The notes: generated from the letters alone by a model not told the origin. Counted from the stretch's first letter, positions 8,759-18,989 are shown. The stretch is 64,000 bases of DNA from Myxococcota bacterium (GCA_963674735.2 CAXXQS010000001.1:128001-192000), one strand, 5' to 3'. A program made the numbers and translations.

Positions 8759-10501
8759 TCAGGCTTTGTCCCAGCCGCCCGACTTGCGCAGGCTCTCGAC
8801 CTCTTCCTCGGCAAGCTGCTTGATTTCCACGTAGTCCGTTTTGGCCACGCGGTTGAGCGGCAGGCCCATGGGTTCGAGGATCACGTAATGACTGGGACGC
8901 ATGTAAGCCGCCAGCCCTTTGGCGTGCGCCTGCAATTCTTCGACCGTCAGCTCCACGTCGGCCTGCGGTTGAATGTAGGCCACGATTCCCTCTGAAAACA
9001 CCTCGTGCTCGACCCCCACCACGCCGCAGGCGGCCACTTTATCGGCCAGCTCGCAGAAGTGGTCCTCCACCTGCGCCGGAAACACCTGGTAGCCCTTGGG
9101 TTTGATGACGTGCCGGGCGCGCGCGGCGAAATGCAAGCCCTTGTCGTCCACATAACCCAAATCGCCGGTGTAGCAGGTGCCGTCTGTGGCGATGGTCTGG
9201 GCGGTGGCTGAAGGGGCGTTGACGTAGCCGAGGAAGGTTTGCGGACCCTTGAAGCAGATGTGTCCCACTTCCCCGCGCGGCTTTTCCTCGCCGGGCGAAC
9301 CGTCGGCGTTCATGCGGTGGCGGATGGTCAGCGGATACACCGGCATATCGTAGCCCACCCCCGCCAGGATGTCGTCCACCGTGCCGTCGAGCGGGCTATA
9401 GGTGCAGAATCCGGCGGTTTCGGTCAGGCCTAGTCCGGTGCCGAAGCCGGGAGCCATTTTCTTCAGCTTCTCCAAAAACTGCCGCGAAACCTGCTGCCCG
9501 CCGTAAAGCGCGAAATCGAGGCTGGAGAGATCGTACTGGTCGTAATTGGGCAGCCGCCACTCCAGGTTGAACAGCGCCGGGATCTGCCCGAAGCAGTTCA
9601 CCTTGTAATCCTGAATGGCCTGGAGGGTCTTTTCGGGGTCGAAGATGTGCAGGATGACGGCCGTCTGCCCGTAAAACATCACGGTCATGAGTTGTTCGGT
9701 CTGGCAGCCCACGTGCGAGGGCGGCAGATTGACCAGCATGCGCGCGTTTTCGCGGATATCGAAGGCCGCGCCCAGGCACATGGTCTGGCAGGTGATGTTG
9801 CGGTGCGATAACAGCGCGGGCTTGGGATAGCCGGTGGACCCGGTGGTGAAGATCACCAGCGCGCCGTCGTTTTCGTCGATGGCGGCGTTAAAGGCTCCGA
9901 AGCGCTTCAACAGATCCGATTTTTCGGGCTTGGCCAGCGCTTTTTTGGCCAGCTTCTTCGCTTCTTCGGCGAGGACGAAGGCCGAGGTCGCGCCCTTGAT
10001 GGTGTCGCCGGGGGCGGCGAATTGGATGAAATGCTTGACGCTCGGGCAGTTGGCCATCACGGCGCGGCCCAGTTCGCTGAAATCGGCCACCGGGGTTTTA
10101 CCCAAAAACGCATAGCCCTTGGCGGAGACGAGGTTGACGCTGCGCACCACTTCCGGACCCTTGAGCCGCAGGTCCAGCGGGACGGCGACGACGCCGATTT
10201 TGAAGCAGGCGAATTCGAGAAAGATGTGTTCCGTGAGCAGCGGCAGCGAGGTGGCCAGGTAGTCGCCTTTTTCGAACCCCAGCTCGACCAGCTTGAGCGC
10301 CAGCGCCGTGGTGGTCTGGTCGAAACGCTGCCAGGTGATTTCGTCTTTCGTATCGGCGTTGATGAAGGCGATGCCCTGCGGGCTTTCTTTGGCCCATTTC
10401 GCGACCAGACCGTGCAGCAGGTGGCGGTCGGCGTAGTCTTTGTCGAAGTGGTCGAGGGTCATCTGCGGTACGCCGTTGCGTGTTTCGTACGAAATGCTCA
10501 T
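8759..10501 (-). CDS. Acyl-CoA synthetase / AMP-binding enzyme
   Basis: FTTGSTGYPK, GLTET, TGDLG, P..VE and C-terminal K motifs; ATG 10501 with GAGG RBS. Confidence 0.9.
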   Translation of the reverse strand: MSISYETRNGVPQMTLDHFDKDYADRHLLHGLVAKWAKESPQGIAFINADTKDEITWQRFDQTTTALALKLVELGFEKGDYLATSLPLLTEHIFLEFACFKIGVVAVPLDLRLKGPEVVRSVNLVSAKGYAFLGKTPVADFSELGRAVMANCPSVKHFIQFAAPGDTIKGATSAFVLAEEAKKLAKKALAKPEKSDLLKRFGAFNAAIDENDGALVIFTTGSTGYPKPALLSHRNITCQTMCLGAAFDIRENARMLVNLPPSHVGCQTEQLMTVMFYGQTAVILHIFDPEKTLQAIQDYKVNCFGQIPALFNLEWRLPNYDQYDLSSLDFALYGGQQVSRQFLEKLKKMAPGFGTGLGLTETAGFCTYSPLDGTVDDILAGVGYDMPVYPLTIRHRMNADGSPGEEKPRGEVGHICFKGPQTFLGYVNAPSATAQTIATDGTCYTGDLGYVDDKGLHFAARARHVIKPKGYQVFPAQVEDHFCELADKVAACGVVGVEHEVFSEGIVAYIQPQADVELTVEELQAHAKGLAAYMRPSHYVILEPMGLPLNRVAKTDYVEIKQLAEEEVESLRKSGGWDKA

Positions 10502-10685
10502 GTGCTTATCCTCTCGAAGCAAGGTCGTCAGAAAGCCCGGCCGGGTTTACCGAAAAGGCGGCGTCCACCCCGATTGAACGGAGGTCTCGGACGCGGCAAT
10601 CGGCGCGCCACCAACTGGCGCGTGTTTCGCTGAGTGGATCTAAGATACCGGAGTCTTGCAGGCTGTCAACCGATTTTGAAAATTT

Positions 10686-11729
10686 TCATACATGAGCGCT
10701 TGTCTTCGCGCTGTCCTGCACCGTTTGCCAGAGGCGCAGGAAGTTACCCCCGAGAATCTTGGCGATGCGTTCGGGGGAGTAGCCGAGTTCGAGCATCCCC
10801 TCGGTGAGGCGCGGCAAGGTGGTGATGTCGCGCAGACCGTGGGCGGGCAGGATATAGCCGTCCAGATCGCTGCCGATGGCGGCATGGTCCTCGCCGACCG
10901 TGTTGACGATGTGGTCCACGTGCCGCAGCCAGTCGTCGCGGTTCGCGTTCAGCCCGTCGGTGAGGAAGTTGGCGGCGAACATCACGCCCGCCACCCCGCC
11001 GTTGTCGGCCAGGGCCTTCAACATTTCGTCGTCCAGGTTGCGCCACAGGGGCCGCACGCCGCCGATGCCGCAGTGGGAGACCAAACAGGGGGCCCGACTG
11101 AGCGTGACGGCGTCCATGAAACCCGGTTTGTTGACATGGGCGACATCGACGATCAGGCCGCGCCGGTTCATCTCCGCCACCAGATCGCGCCCGTATCCAC
11201 TGAGACCGGCGTTCGGCTTGGCGCCCAGGCCTTTGGCGCAGGACGCGGCCTTGTTGGTCGAGAAATGCGTAAGGGTGATGTAGCGCACGCCGTTGGCATA
11301 AGCCGTGTCGAGGTGGTCGAGGTCGTCTCCCAGGCAGTGTGCGCCTTCAAGTCCCGCAAATCCGCTATAGGCCCCGCGCGCACGCGCCGCCAGAGCGTCG
11401 GCGGGTGTTTGCGCCTGCACGAGCCGTCCTTCCGAGCGTTTGACGGCTTCGCGCTGCAAAGCAAGCTGACGCAAGGTGTTTTTCCAGGCATTGGCGGGGC
11501 GGGAAAGCGGATTGACCACCACCCCGAAGGCGCAGAAATCGACACCACCCTCCGCCATGCGCGGCAGATCCACATGGCTGCCGATGACCCCCCAGGGGGT
11601 CCAGGAACGATGGCGCTTGAGGAAGTCGTAGCCGAACTGGCGCGCCAGCAAAAAAGAATCCACATGCAGATCGGCCACGAAACAGGCGTCGTGCAGTTCC
11701 CGCGCTTCTTTCGATACGTAAACGGTCAT
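10686..11729 (-). CDS. Membrane dipeptidase (peptidase M19)
   Basis: DLHVD, GLEGA, ITLTH, IVDVAH, VSH, RNLDD, IGSDLDG motifs. Confidence 0.9.
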   Translation of the reverse strand: MTVYVSKEARELHDACFVADLHVDSFLLARQFGYDFLKRHRSWTPWGVIGSHVDLPRMAEGGVDFCAFGVVVNPLSRPANAWKNTLRQLALQREAVKRSEGRLVQAQTPADALAARARGAYSGFAGLEGAHCLGDDLDHLDTAYANGVRYITLTHFSTNKAASCAKGLGAKPNAGLSGYGRDLVAEMNRRGLIVDVAHVNKPGFMDAVTLSRAPCLVSHCGIGGVRPLWRNLDDEMLKALADNGGVAGVMFAANFLTDGLNANRDDWLRHVDHIVNTVGEDHAAIGSDLDGYILPAHGLRDITTLPRLTEGMLELGYSPERIAKILGGNFLRLWQTVQDSAKTSAHV

Positions 11730-12811
11730 GAAGCATCCTCGAAGTAGCGGTGAAAAGCGCTCGGCAGGGCGTCGACCGGCACGCGTTCGGCCAGCGGTGA
11801 GAGATTCTGCTCGTTGTAGGTATTCCAGTACAGCACCGGTTCCGTCCCGTGGCGGCCGTCCCGAACCGCGTCGAGCAGGGCGGCGACGGTTTTGCCGGTA
11901 TAGGTGGTTTCGAGACGCAGCCCCGCTTTTTGCCCGAGTTCCACCGCCTCGGCGGATGCCGTGGTGACGTCGCCGTAGCCGTCACCGATGTAGCCGTCCA
12001 GAAGCGTCACCGCCGCGGCATCGAGCCGTTGCCAGTCAACGTCATGGCCGAAGGCCTGCATCAGGGCGGCGGTTTTGTTGGCCAGCTGCGCAATGGCGGT
12101 CGGATTGGCCAGAAACGACGGTACTACGCGCACGCCGATGACTTGGGTGGGCCAGTCCATCAGGCGGAAACCGACGATCAGTCCGGCCAGCGTTCCGCAG
12201 GTTCCGGCGGGCACGTAGATTGCTTTGGGGATGGGGCACAGGCCGTCGCGTACCTGCTCGGCCAGTTCGAACGCGGCATTGACGTATCCCAGCGCCCCCA
12301 GAGGCGAAGAACCGCCGCCGGGGATGACCGTCAGGCGTTGGCCCACCATGGGCAAGCGGGCCATGGCCTCGTAGCGGCCCATGCGCCACACCAGTTGCGG
12401 ATAACTGGGGGCCAGCTCCAATTCCGCCCCCGCGTAATGAAACAGCCGCAGGCTCATGCGCACGTGTTCGGTCACCGGCTGGTTAAACAGCACCAGGCGG
12501 CAGGCCAGCCCGAATTCACGCGCGAACAGAGCGGTGGCGAGTGCGTGGTTGCTGCCGATCGCGCCGGTGGTGACCACCCGTTTCGAGCCGCGCTTGAGGG
12601 CTCCCGCCAGTAGGAATTCGAGTTTACGCACTTTATTGCCGCCGTAAAGGTCGTGGCTCAATCCGTCGCGTTTGACCCACACCTCGGCTCCGCCACGGTC
12701 GCTGAGAAAGGCATTGCGTTGGACCGGCGTGGGCAGTGCGGCGAAGGGCCGATGGGGCAATTCGGCGAGAGAAGGGTAGGCGTCGAAAAGGGGACGATGA
12801 TCGGTGGACAT
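11726..12811 (-). CDS. PLP-dependent D-cysteine desulfhydrase / ACC deaminase family
   Basis: PTPV, VKRDG, GGNKVRKLE, GSNH, GTCGTLAG, YTGK motifs. Confidence 0.9.
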   Translation of the reverse strand: MSTDHRPLFDAYPSLAELPHRPFAALPTPVQRNAFLSDRGGAEVWVKRDGLSHDLYGGNKVRKLEFLLAGALKRGSKRVVTTGAIGSNHALATALFAREFGLACRLVLFNQPVTEHVRMSLRLFHYAGAELELAPSYPQLVWRMGRYEAMARLPMVGQRLTVIPGGGSSPLGALGYVNAAFELAEQVRDGLCPIPKAIYVPAGTCGTLAGLIVGFRLMDWPTQVIGVRVVPSFLANPTAIAQLANKTAALMQAFGHDVDWQRLDAAAVTLLDGYIGDGYGDVTTASAEAVELGQKAGLRLETTYTGKTVAALLDAVRDGRHGTEPVLYWNTYNEQNLSPLAERVPVDALPSAFHRYFEDAS

Positions 12812-12968
12812 CGGACCTCCGTCGTGATTGGAACAGGGGTTATGCAGTCGCCGCGATTATAGGCCCATGCCGGGCGGGATGGCAACTGATTCCGAGTCGA
12901 ATGCGGATTGACAGGACGCGGATTTCGGTACAGGATGCAGGCTGTACGACGCAAACGAGCCAACCCGT

Positions 12969-14513
12969 GTGCTTGACGATTTGAATGCTGAGGAGCAGAC
13001 CGCCATTCCCGCAAACGCGATGTCCATATCCAGGCCCGCCAGTCGTTGGATCGAAATCATCCTCTGCCTGTTGGAGTCCGTGTTGCTGCTGAGCCTGTTC
13101 TGGACGCTCGGCGAGGCTGCGAAATACGCCGTTCAGATTTTCATGGGAACCTTCATCCTGTGGTTCGGCGGGCTGTCCCTTATTCTGGCCGTGGGAGTCG
13201 GGGTTGTGCACTCGCGAGTGGTGCGGCGTCGTAGCCGATGGCATATCCCCCTTGTGCTGGCGTTTTTGGGTTTGTGGATCGTGTCGATCGGGTCGCAGGC
13301 CGAACGCATCGTGGATGCGCGCAGCTTTCTGCATGATCGAACGGATGATGCTGTGTGGGTTTATCGCGATACGGTCATTCATTCGAACCACATTTCGCCT
13401 TGGCACGTCAAAGTGGATGCTTGTGGTTTTCGCAACCAGGAAGAAACCGTTCTTTCCACGCCACGTCCGCGCGTTGTGACACTCGGCGACTCTTATATGT
13501 TCTGTCCCGGTGTCGAGGATGCCGAAGCCATTACGCCGGTTCTACAAGCCACGCTTGCCGAGAACGGATTTCCGGCGGTCGTGCGCAATGCGGCGGTGCA
13601 CGGAACCGCTTTGGTTTCTCATCCGCGCACGTTGCGCCATGCCATGGACTGCTACGATCCCGACCTGGTGCTGCTGTATCTCAATCCCGGCGATTCGGAA
13701 TTTCGCTTCGATACCATGACCCGTTTGGACAAACTGCGAGACGATGTGTGGCCGCGGGTCGTGGCCGCCCTGAATCTGGATGTTTTTCAGATTGTGGCCG
13801 AGCGGATTTGGATGAAAGTCCTGATGCCCGATCCAATGCATGAAACGAAAGTGGCTGAGGCGATGAACCGCGATCTGGATGCCATCCTGCGCTTGGTCGG
13901 GACCGCCGACCTGCTGATCGTCACAAATTTGCATTGGGAGGAATGGCAGCCGGTGGCCGAGTGGATCGGCCGCCATCCGGAGGTCAATTGGCTGGATGTA
14001 ACTCGCGACCCGGCTTGGCATGCGGTTGAGACCCTGGGGATCGATCCCCATTGGTCGCCGCGCGGCATCGAACAAATCGCCGAATTTCTGGCTCCGAGGG
14101 TCGCCGCCGTTTTGCAAAGCGACAAGCAGCCCGCCATTCGGCATGAACCGGATTGGGTTGCCTTGCGCCAAGCCCACGCGCCGCGTGCCCGGACGAACGC
14201 GGATACCGGCCAAGCAGCACCGAAGGCGGTTGAGTTGACCTCGCTTGAGGCTCAAGTCGAGGGTCTGCGCATCGAGGAAAAAGAGGGTGGGGGGATGATC
14301 ATCCTACCGGCTTTCGATGGCGAACCGCCGGTTGAGATCAGCGCTTATTGGTGTAACCAGGAAAGATACTACAAGCGGATCGGCGAGGTTTGTTTCGCTA
14401 TCCGTACCGTGCCGCTCAGTCCGAACCAGGAACGGCGCGTCACCGAGTTCTTCGAGGCGACACAAGGCTTTTTTGGTTCTCAACACTTGTCGTATCCCGA
14501 GAAAACCGATTAA
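12969..14513 (+). CDS. Membrane-anchored SGNH/GDSL hydrolase-like protein
   Basis: Three N-terminal hydrophobic helices, GFR, LGDSY, NAAVHG, DPHW; start uncertain (ATG 13020 possible). Confidence 0.7.
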   Translation: MLDDLNAEEQTAIPANAMSISRPASRWIEIILCLLESVLLLSLFWTLGEAAKYAVQIFMGTFILWFGGLSLILAVGVGVVHSRVVRRRSRWHIPLVLAFLGLWIVSIGSQAERIVDARSFLHDRTDDAVWVYRDTVIHSNHISPWHVKVDACGFRNQEETVLSTPRPRVVTLGDSYMFCPGVEDAEAITPVLQATLAENGFPAVVRNAAVHGTALVSHPRTLRHAMDCYDPDLVLLYLNPGDSEFRFDTMTRLDKLRDDVWPRVVAALNLDVFQIVAERIWMKVLMPDPMHETKVAEAMNRDLDAILRLVGTADLLIVTNLHWEEWQPVAEWIGRHPEVNWLDVTRDPAWHAVETLGIDPHWSPRGIEQIAEFLAPRVAAVLQSDKQPAIRHEPDWVALRQAHAPRARTNADTGQAAPKAVELTSLEAQVEGLRIEEKEGGGMIILPAFDGEPPVEISAYWCNQERYYKRIGEVCFAIRTVPLSPNQERRVTEFFEATQGFFGSQHLSYPEKTD

Positions 14514-14847
14514 TTTAGATCGGAATTCTGCCCGAGTCGGCGAGGGGGCGGAAAGCCGGTTATCGGCAGCGGAATGTACCGCAAATCGACATTCCTCAGT
14601 TATAACTTAAAGTTGTAGGATCCTGTTTGGGATGTTTCCTTGAAGAGTGCGGGAATAATAGTTATTCCAGTGAGTTATCACCTTGTCTTTTCATAAATGA
14701 TGCTTGACGTGGATTCATAAACCTGCTATTGGGTTGGCTGCTTGGGAAAAGCGTTAGATCGTCGCACCTCATATTTAGGTGTGGAGAGCGTTCAGTTGTG
14801 AAAAGCGGGTTCTACGCTTTCAAACTTGTTGAATAAAGGAGAATACC

Positions 14848-16041
14848 ATGATTAAGCCGCACGGTTCCGAAACTCTGAATCCTTTGTATGTCGAGGATGC
14901 CGCCAAACGCGAGGCGCTGATTAAAGAGGCCGAGGGTCTGCCCTCCATCACGATCAGCTCCGCCGCCGCCGGCAACGCGGTTATGCTCGGTTCGGGTTAC
15001 TTCAATCCGCTGACCGGTTACATGAACAAAGCCGACTCCATCGCCGTCTGCAAAAACATGCACACCACCAGCGGCCTGTTCTGGCCGACCCCCGTTCTGA
15101 ACGTGGTCGAAGACGCCGCCGCCATCCAGGGCGCCAAGCGTATCGCCCTGCGCGACCCGAACGTGGACGGCAACCCGATTCTGGCCATCCAGGATGTGGA
15201 AGCCATCGAGACCTTCACCGACGCCGAAATGGCGGAAATGACCGAAGCCGTCTTCCGCACCACCGACGAAGCCCATCCGGGCGTCAAGGCTTTCAATACC
15301 GTCGGCAAAACCTGCATCAGCGGCCCCATCCAGGTGCTGAATTACAGCTACTTCGACAAAGAATTCCCCGAGACCTTCCGCACCGCCATGCAGATCCGCA
15401 ACGACATCGAAAAACGCGGCTGGAACACCGTCGTGGCCTTCCAGACTCGTAACCCGATGCATCGCGCCCATGAGGGCCTCACCAAAATGGCCATGGAAGC
15501 CGTGAACGCCGACGGCGCGGTCATCCATATGCTGCTTGGTAAACTGAAGCCCGGCGACATTCCCGCCGACGTGCGTGACGCCGCCATCCGCAAAATGGTC
15601 GAACTGTACTTCAAACCCAACACCGCGATGATCACCGGTTACGGCTTCGATATGCTGTATGCCGGTCCGCGTGAGGCCGTGTTGCACGCCGTGTTCCGTC
15701 AGAACATGGGCTGCACCCACCTGATCGTCGGTCGCGACCACGCCGGTGTGGGCGACTACTACGGCGCTTTCGACGCCCAGACCATCTTCGACGACATCAC
15801 CAAAGAAGATATGCAGATCGAGATCTTCCGCGGCGATCACACCGCTTACAGCAAGAAGCTGGGCAAAGTGATCATGATGGGTTCGGTTTCCGACCACACC
15901 AAAGAAGACTGGGTCTTCCTGTCGGGCACCAAGGTGCGCACCATGTTGGCCGCGGGCGAAGCCCTGCCGCCCGAGTTCGCGCGTCCCGAAGTGGCCAAGA
16001 TCCTGATGGGCTACTATCAGTCCGAAGCCGCCAAAAACTAA
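14848..16041 (+). CDS. sat: Sulfate adenylyltransferase (ATP sulfurylase)
   Basis: FQTRNPMHRAHE, YAGPREAVLHA, IVGRDHAGVGDYY, LSGTKVR, RPEVA; strong RBS AAGGAG. Confidence 0.97.
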   Translation: MIKPHGSETLNPLYVEDAAKREALIKEAEGLPSITISSAAAGNAVMLGSGYFNPLTGYMNKADSIAVCKNMHTTSGLFWPTPVLNVVEDAAAIQGAKRIALRDPNVDGNPILAIQDVEAIETFTDAEMAEMTEAVFRTTDEAHPGVKAFNTVGKTCISGPIQVLNYSYFDKEFPETFRTAMQIRNDIEKRGWNTVVAFQTRNPMHRAHEGLTKMAMEAVNADGAVIHMLLGKLKPGDIPADVRDAAIRKMVELYFKPNTAMITGYGFDMLYAGPREAVLHAVFRQNMGCTHLIVGRDHAGVGDYYGAFDAQTIFDDITKEDMQIEIFRGDHTAYSKKLGKVIMMGSVSDHTKEDWVFLSGTKVRTMLAAGEALPPEFARPEVAKILMGYYQSEAAKN

Positions 16042-16060
16042 GCGGTCAAGCTCGTCTTTC

Positions 16061-16090
16061 AAAGTCCGCCCTTTCGGGGGCGGGCTTTTT
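16061..16090 (+). terminator. Intrinsic terminator after sat
   Basis: AAAGTCCGCCC-tttcgg-GGGCGGGCTTTTT. Confidence 0.85.
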
Positions 16091-16381
16091 GCGTTTAGGG
16101 GTAGGGGTGCCGGTTATGCTTCAATGGGGGACGATCGGTTCTTCCGTCGGAGCAGGGCTCCCGTCCTGCCCTGTTGGTTTGTCTTCAAACAAGGCTCCTG
16201 CCTTGTTTCCGGCGGGGTCGGTTTGGGTGAAAGGATCAAGTCAAACATGCGGAGCATGACAGAGCCATGCTCCTGCTTAAAAGGTCCGACTAGTCAAAGA
16301 AATTTCCTCGCTAATAGTGCTCTTTAGTGTTCGTTTCCCATGCTGGAGCGCGTCTCCGACGGGTTCCCGGCTTTGTGTTTT

Positions 16382-18505
16382 TTAACGGCTGTTTCCGTCG
16401 CAACTGCTTTGGCAGAAGCCGATTTCGCCGCTCAAACCGGTCAAACCCGGATTGCCGGAGCTTGCGCCGCCCGTGCCCCCTTCGTATCCGCTGCATGGGG
16501 AGTCGCTCACCTGGTTAAGATCCGGTGTTCCATCGGGTGAGAAGAAGTAGAAGCAGTAGCTCGGACCACCGCCGCCTCCGCCGCCGTAACCACCGCGGCC
16601 GCCCGCGCCACCCATGCCTCCGTCGCCGCCATGGCCGGGAACCTGTTCAAAGGTGGGGCAGCAGGTGGAAACAGGTCCGCCAGGGCCTTTGGCTCCGGCG
16701 GTTCCGGCCGCTCCGCCGTCTTGTCCCACTCCGCCGTCGCCGCCTTTGGCGACCGTAACGGTCGTGTGGCTGACCGGGCAGTCCGTTTCGACGAACAGAA
16801 TACCGAAAGACGCTCCGCCGCCCTGGCCGTTGGCGCCTTCCTGGCCACCGCAGCCGCCGGAACCGCCGCCGCCGCCATAGCTTCCCGTTACCGTGCACAT
16901 GTAAATCCCTTCGAGGTTACCCCCGTTGCCTCCACCTCCGCCACCGCCACCGCCGGTGCCGCTTGTGCCCGGCTCCGCATCGTAATCCAGGCCGCCGGGA
17001 GCACCTTGATACCAGCCATCCGCAAAAGTTCCCAGGTTGGGTCCGGCTGAAGCATTGCTGCCATTTTCGCCATTGACGCCGTTCGAGCCATCCTCGCCAT
17101 CCTGGCTTTGGTTATCGGAGCAGGCCCCACCCGCGCCTCCTTCATTCGGGGCGTTGTTGATCCCATAGCCTTTGGTTCCATTGCTGCAAACATCCGCATA
17201 CCTATCGCCAATGCCGCCATACCCGCCGTTTCCGGGCTGGTCGGGCGCATAGTGACAAATTGGGGCCGTGCCGCCCGGTGTTTCGCCCGGTATGATATGA
17301 TCCGAGTCACAGCGATAGTCGGTCTCCCATTCAAAAGCTTCCTCGCCTTCATCGCCTTGATCTCCCGCTTCACCGTCCGTGCCCTTTCCCGTGCCGTCCG
17401 CGCCGTTGCCACCCTCGCCAACGGTGATGGTCAGGTGCGACATGGAGAGCGCCGGGGCGTTTTGCACGTGAATGCCGTAGTTGCTGCCGCCCTGCGTACT
17501 GGTGTTGTCGGCGATGGTGAGGATGAAATTTTGCAATTTGGTGGTGCTCGTGATGTCGTGCGCGTATATTCCCACCTGGTTGTCGTTTGTATCGAGCGCA
17601 TCGACCGCAATCGTGACATTGTATTCGCTGTTGCGTTGCCAGCCCACTGGTTTGTGGTAATCGCCGAACAGGCTGACGCCGTCGGGGATCGTCAGCGGAC
17701 CGACATAATCGTAGGCGCTCACCAGCACGTAATGCTTGTCCGGGTTCCCGGCAGCGGTGTCCAGGGCGGCTTGAATGGTGCGCTTGGGCAGGTCCATGGT
17801 GCCCGGATTGTAGTCGTCGCCGCCGTGCTGCTCGGGGGCCACGAAGACCGCGGCGCAGATCACGCCGTCGATACCGTCGTTGTTTTCGTCCACGTAATTC
17901 GGGTCCGGCCAGTCGTCGGCCGGGTTGCACGAATCGGAGATGCACACATTGTCCTGGCAGCTCTGGCCGTCGCCGCAGCTACCGCAGTCGCAGCCCTGAT
18001 AACTGCCACAGTGGCCGTTGCAGACGCTGTTGCAGTCGGGGACGCCATCGGCATCGCCATCCGTATCACCATCCGTATCGCCATCCGTATCACCGTCGCT
18101 GTCCCCGTCGGCATCGACGCAGAGGCAGAATTCGATGGTGGCGTCTTCGGTCGTGACGTCTCCGCAACCCTCGGATACCTGTTCGAAGCCGGAGGCGCAG
18201 ACGTCATCGCAATCCTGCAAGGTCCAGTTGCCGTCGATGCAGAATTCGATATCGTCGCCGGAACAACGGGTGTCGCCGTGCAGGCAGGGGCCGTCATCTT
18301 CTGATAGGTCGCCATCGGGTGTCTCCCCGTCGGAACCATCTCCGTCAGAATCGTCGCCGTCGGAAGTATCTCCGTCGGAAGTATCTCCGTCCGGCTTGTC
18401 GCCATCGGTTTCCAAGCCTGCTACGTCTGTGCCGCTACAAGCCGAAAGCAGCAAAAGAAGCAACAATATGGGCACCGCAAAATGTGTGTAAGCGAGTATG
18501 CGCAA
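16382..18505 (-). CDS. Surface lipoprotein: DGD repeats, 8-Cys module, DUF1565/beta-helix-like domain, Gly-rich (PGRS-like) C-terminus
   Basis: TTG start with GGAGG RBS, lipobox LSAC, 'FVAP..G.D.NPGT...P.RTIQAA' motif, extensive GGxGG runs. Confidence 0.75.
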   Translation of the reverse strand: MRILAYTHFAVPILLLLLLLSACSGTDVAGLETDGDKPDGDTSDGDTSDGDDSDGDGSDGETPDGDLSEDDGPCLHGDTRCSGDDIEFCIDGNWTLQDCDDVCASGFEQVSEGCGDVTTEDATIEFCLCVDADGDSDGDTDGDTDGDTDGDADGVPDCNSVCNGHCGSYQGCDCGSCGDGQSCQDNVCISDSCNPADDWPDPNYVDENNDGIDGVICAAVFVAPEQHGGDDYNPGTMDLPKRTIQAALDTAAGNPDKHYVLVSAYDYVGPLTIPDGVSLFGDYHKPVGWQRNSEYNVTIAVDALDTNDNQVGIYAHDITSTTKLQNFILTIADNTSTQGGSNYGIHVQNAPALSMSHLTITVGEGGNGADGTGKGTDGEAGDQGDEGEEAFEWETDYRCDSDHIIPGETPGGTAPICHYAPDQPGNGGYGGIGDRYADVCSNGTKGYGINNAPNEGGAGGACSDNQSQDGEDGSNGVNGENGSNASAGPNLGTFADGWYQGAPGGLDYDAEPGTSGTGGGGGGGGGNGGNLEGIYMCTVTGSYGGGGGSGGCGGQEGANGQGGGASFGILFVETDCPVSHTTVTVAKGGDGGVGQDGGAAGTAGAKGPGGPVSTCCPTFEQVPGHGGDGGMGGAGGRGGYGGGGGGGPSYCFYFFSPDGTPDLNQVSDSPCSGYEGGTGGASSGNPGLTGLSGEIGFCQSSCDGNSR

Positions 18506-18740
18506 AAGTTACCTCCCCTTGGTAATTACTGCTGGTATTTTGGTTATTGGTATCTGTATGACAGTTGAAAAGTACCATATATGGGAAGGTGGGAATCGTC
18601 AAGCAAGTAGTGTCTCAAAAAGTAAAAATATTTAGAAGATAAGGTATGTTTAATTTTAAAGTAATTGTTAAAATGAAGCATTTGCAAATAAGCAAACCGC
18701 CAGCCGATGGATCGTTGCCGCTAACCGGTTTTCTTCAATG

Positions 18741-18773
18741 AAAAACCGGGACGATCCCGATGGACCGTCCCGG
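18741..18773 (-). terminator. Intrinsic terminator on the minus strand
   Basis: CCGGGACGATCC-cga-TGGACCGTCCCGG imperfect hairpin with an A-run on +. Confidence 0.55.
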
Positions 18774-18954
18774 CTGCGCGCGAGTGAAATGTGGTGATCA
18801 GTTGTTGTTCGACAGCGTGACTTGGATGATATCCGCGACCGCCGGATAGTTGAAGCCATCAGCGTAGGCCGAAGCCATCCGTCACCACTTGAGCTTTTTG
18901 TTCGGTTTGAAATCGAGGCGCTGAAACTCGGTGCGTAAAAGGGCGCATGCGTGT

Positions 18955-18983
18955 TTGATCGACCGCGCAAACCCATGTATAAT
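18955..18983 (+). promoter_or_regulatory. sigma70 promoter of the lipoate ligase gene (probably leaderless mRNA)
   Basis: TTGATC-N17-TATAAT, 6 nt before ATG 18990; no SD sequence. Confidence 0.7.
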
Positions 18984-18989
18984 AGGCTC

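Noticed and set aside
14690-14720. Rex operator upstream of sat
   Set aside because: Only the TTCATAA half resembles TTGTGAA-N4-TTCACAA; the left halves do not match.
14812-16062. 416-aa ORF antisense to sat
   Set aside because: Mirror frame produced by the strong codon bias of sat.
18879-18890. Selenocysteine read-through of the in-frame TGA
   Set aside because: No recognisable selenoprotein context or convincing SECIS hairpin.
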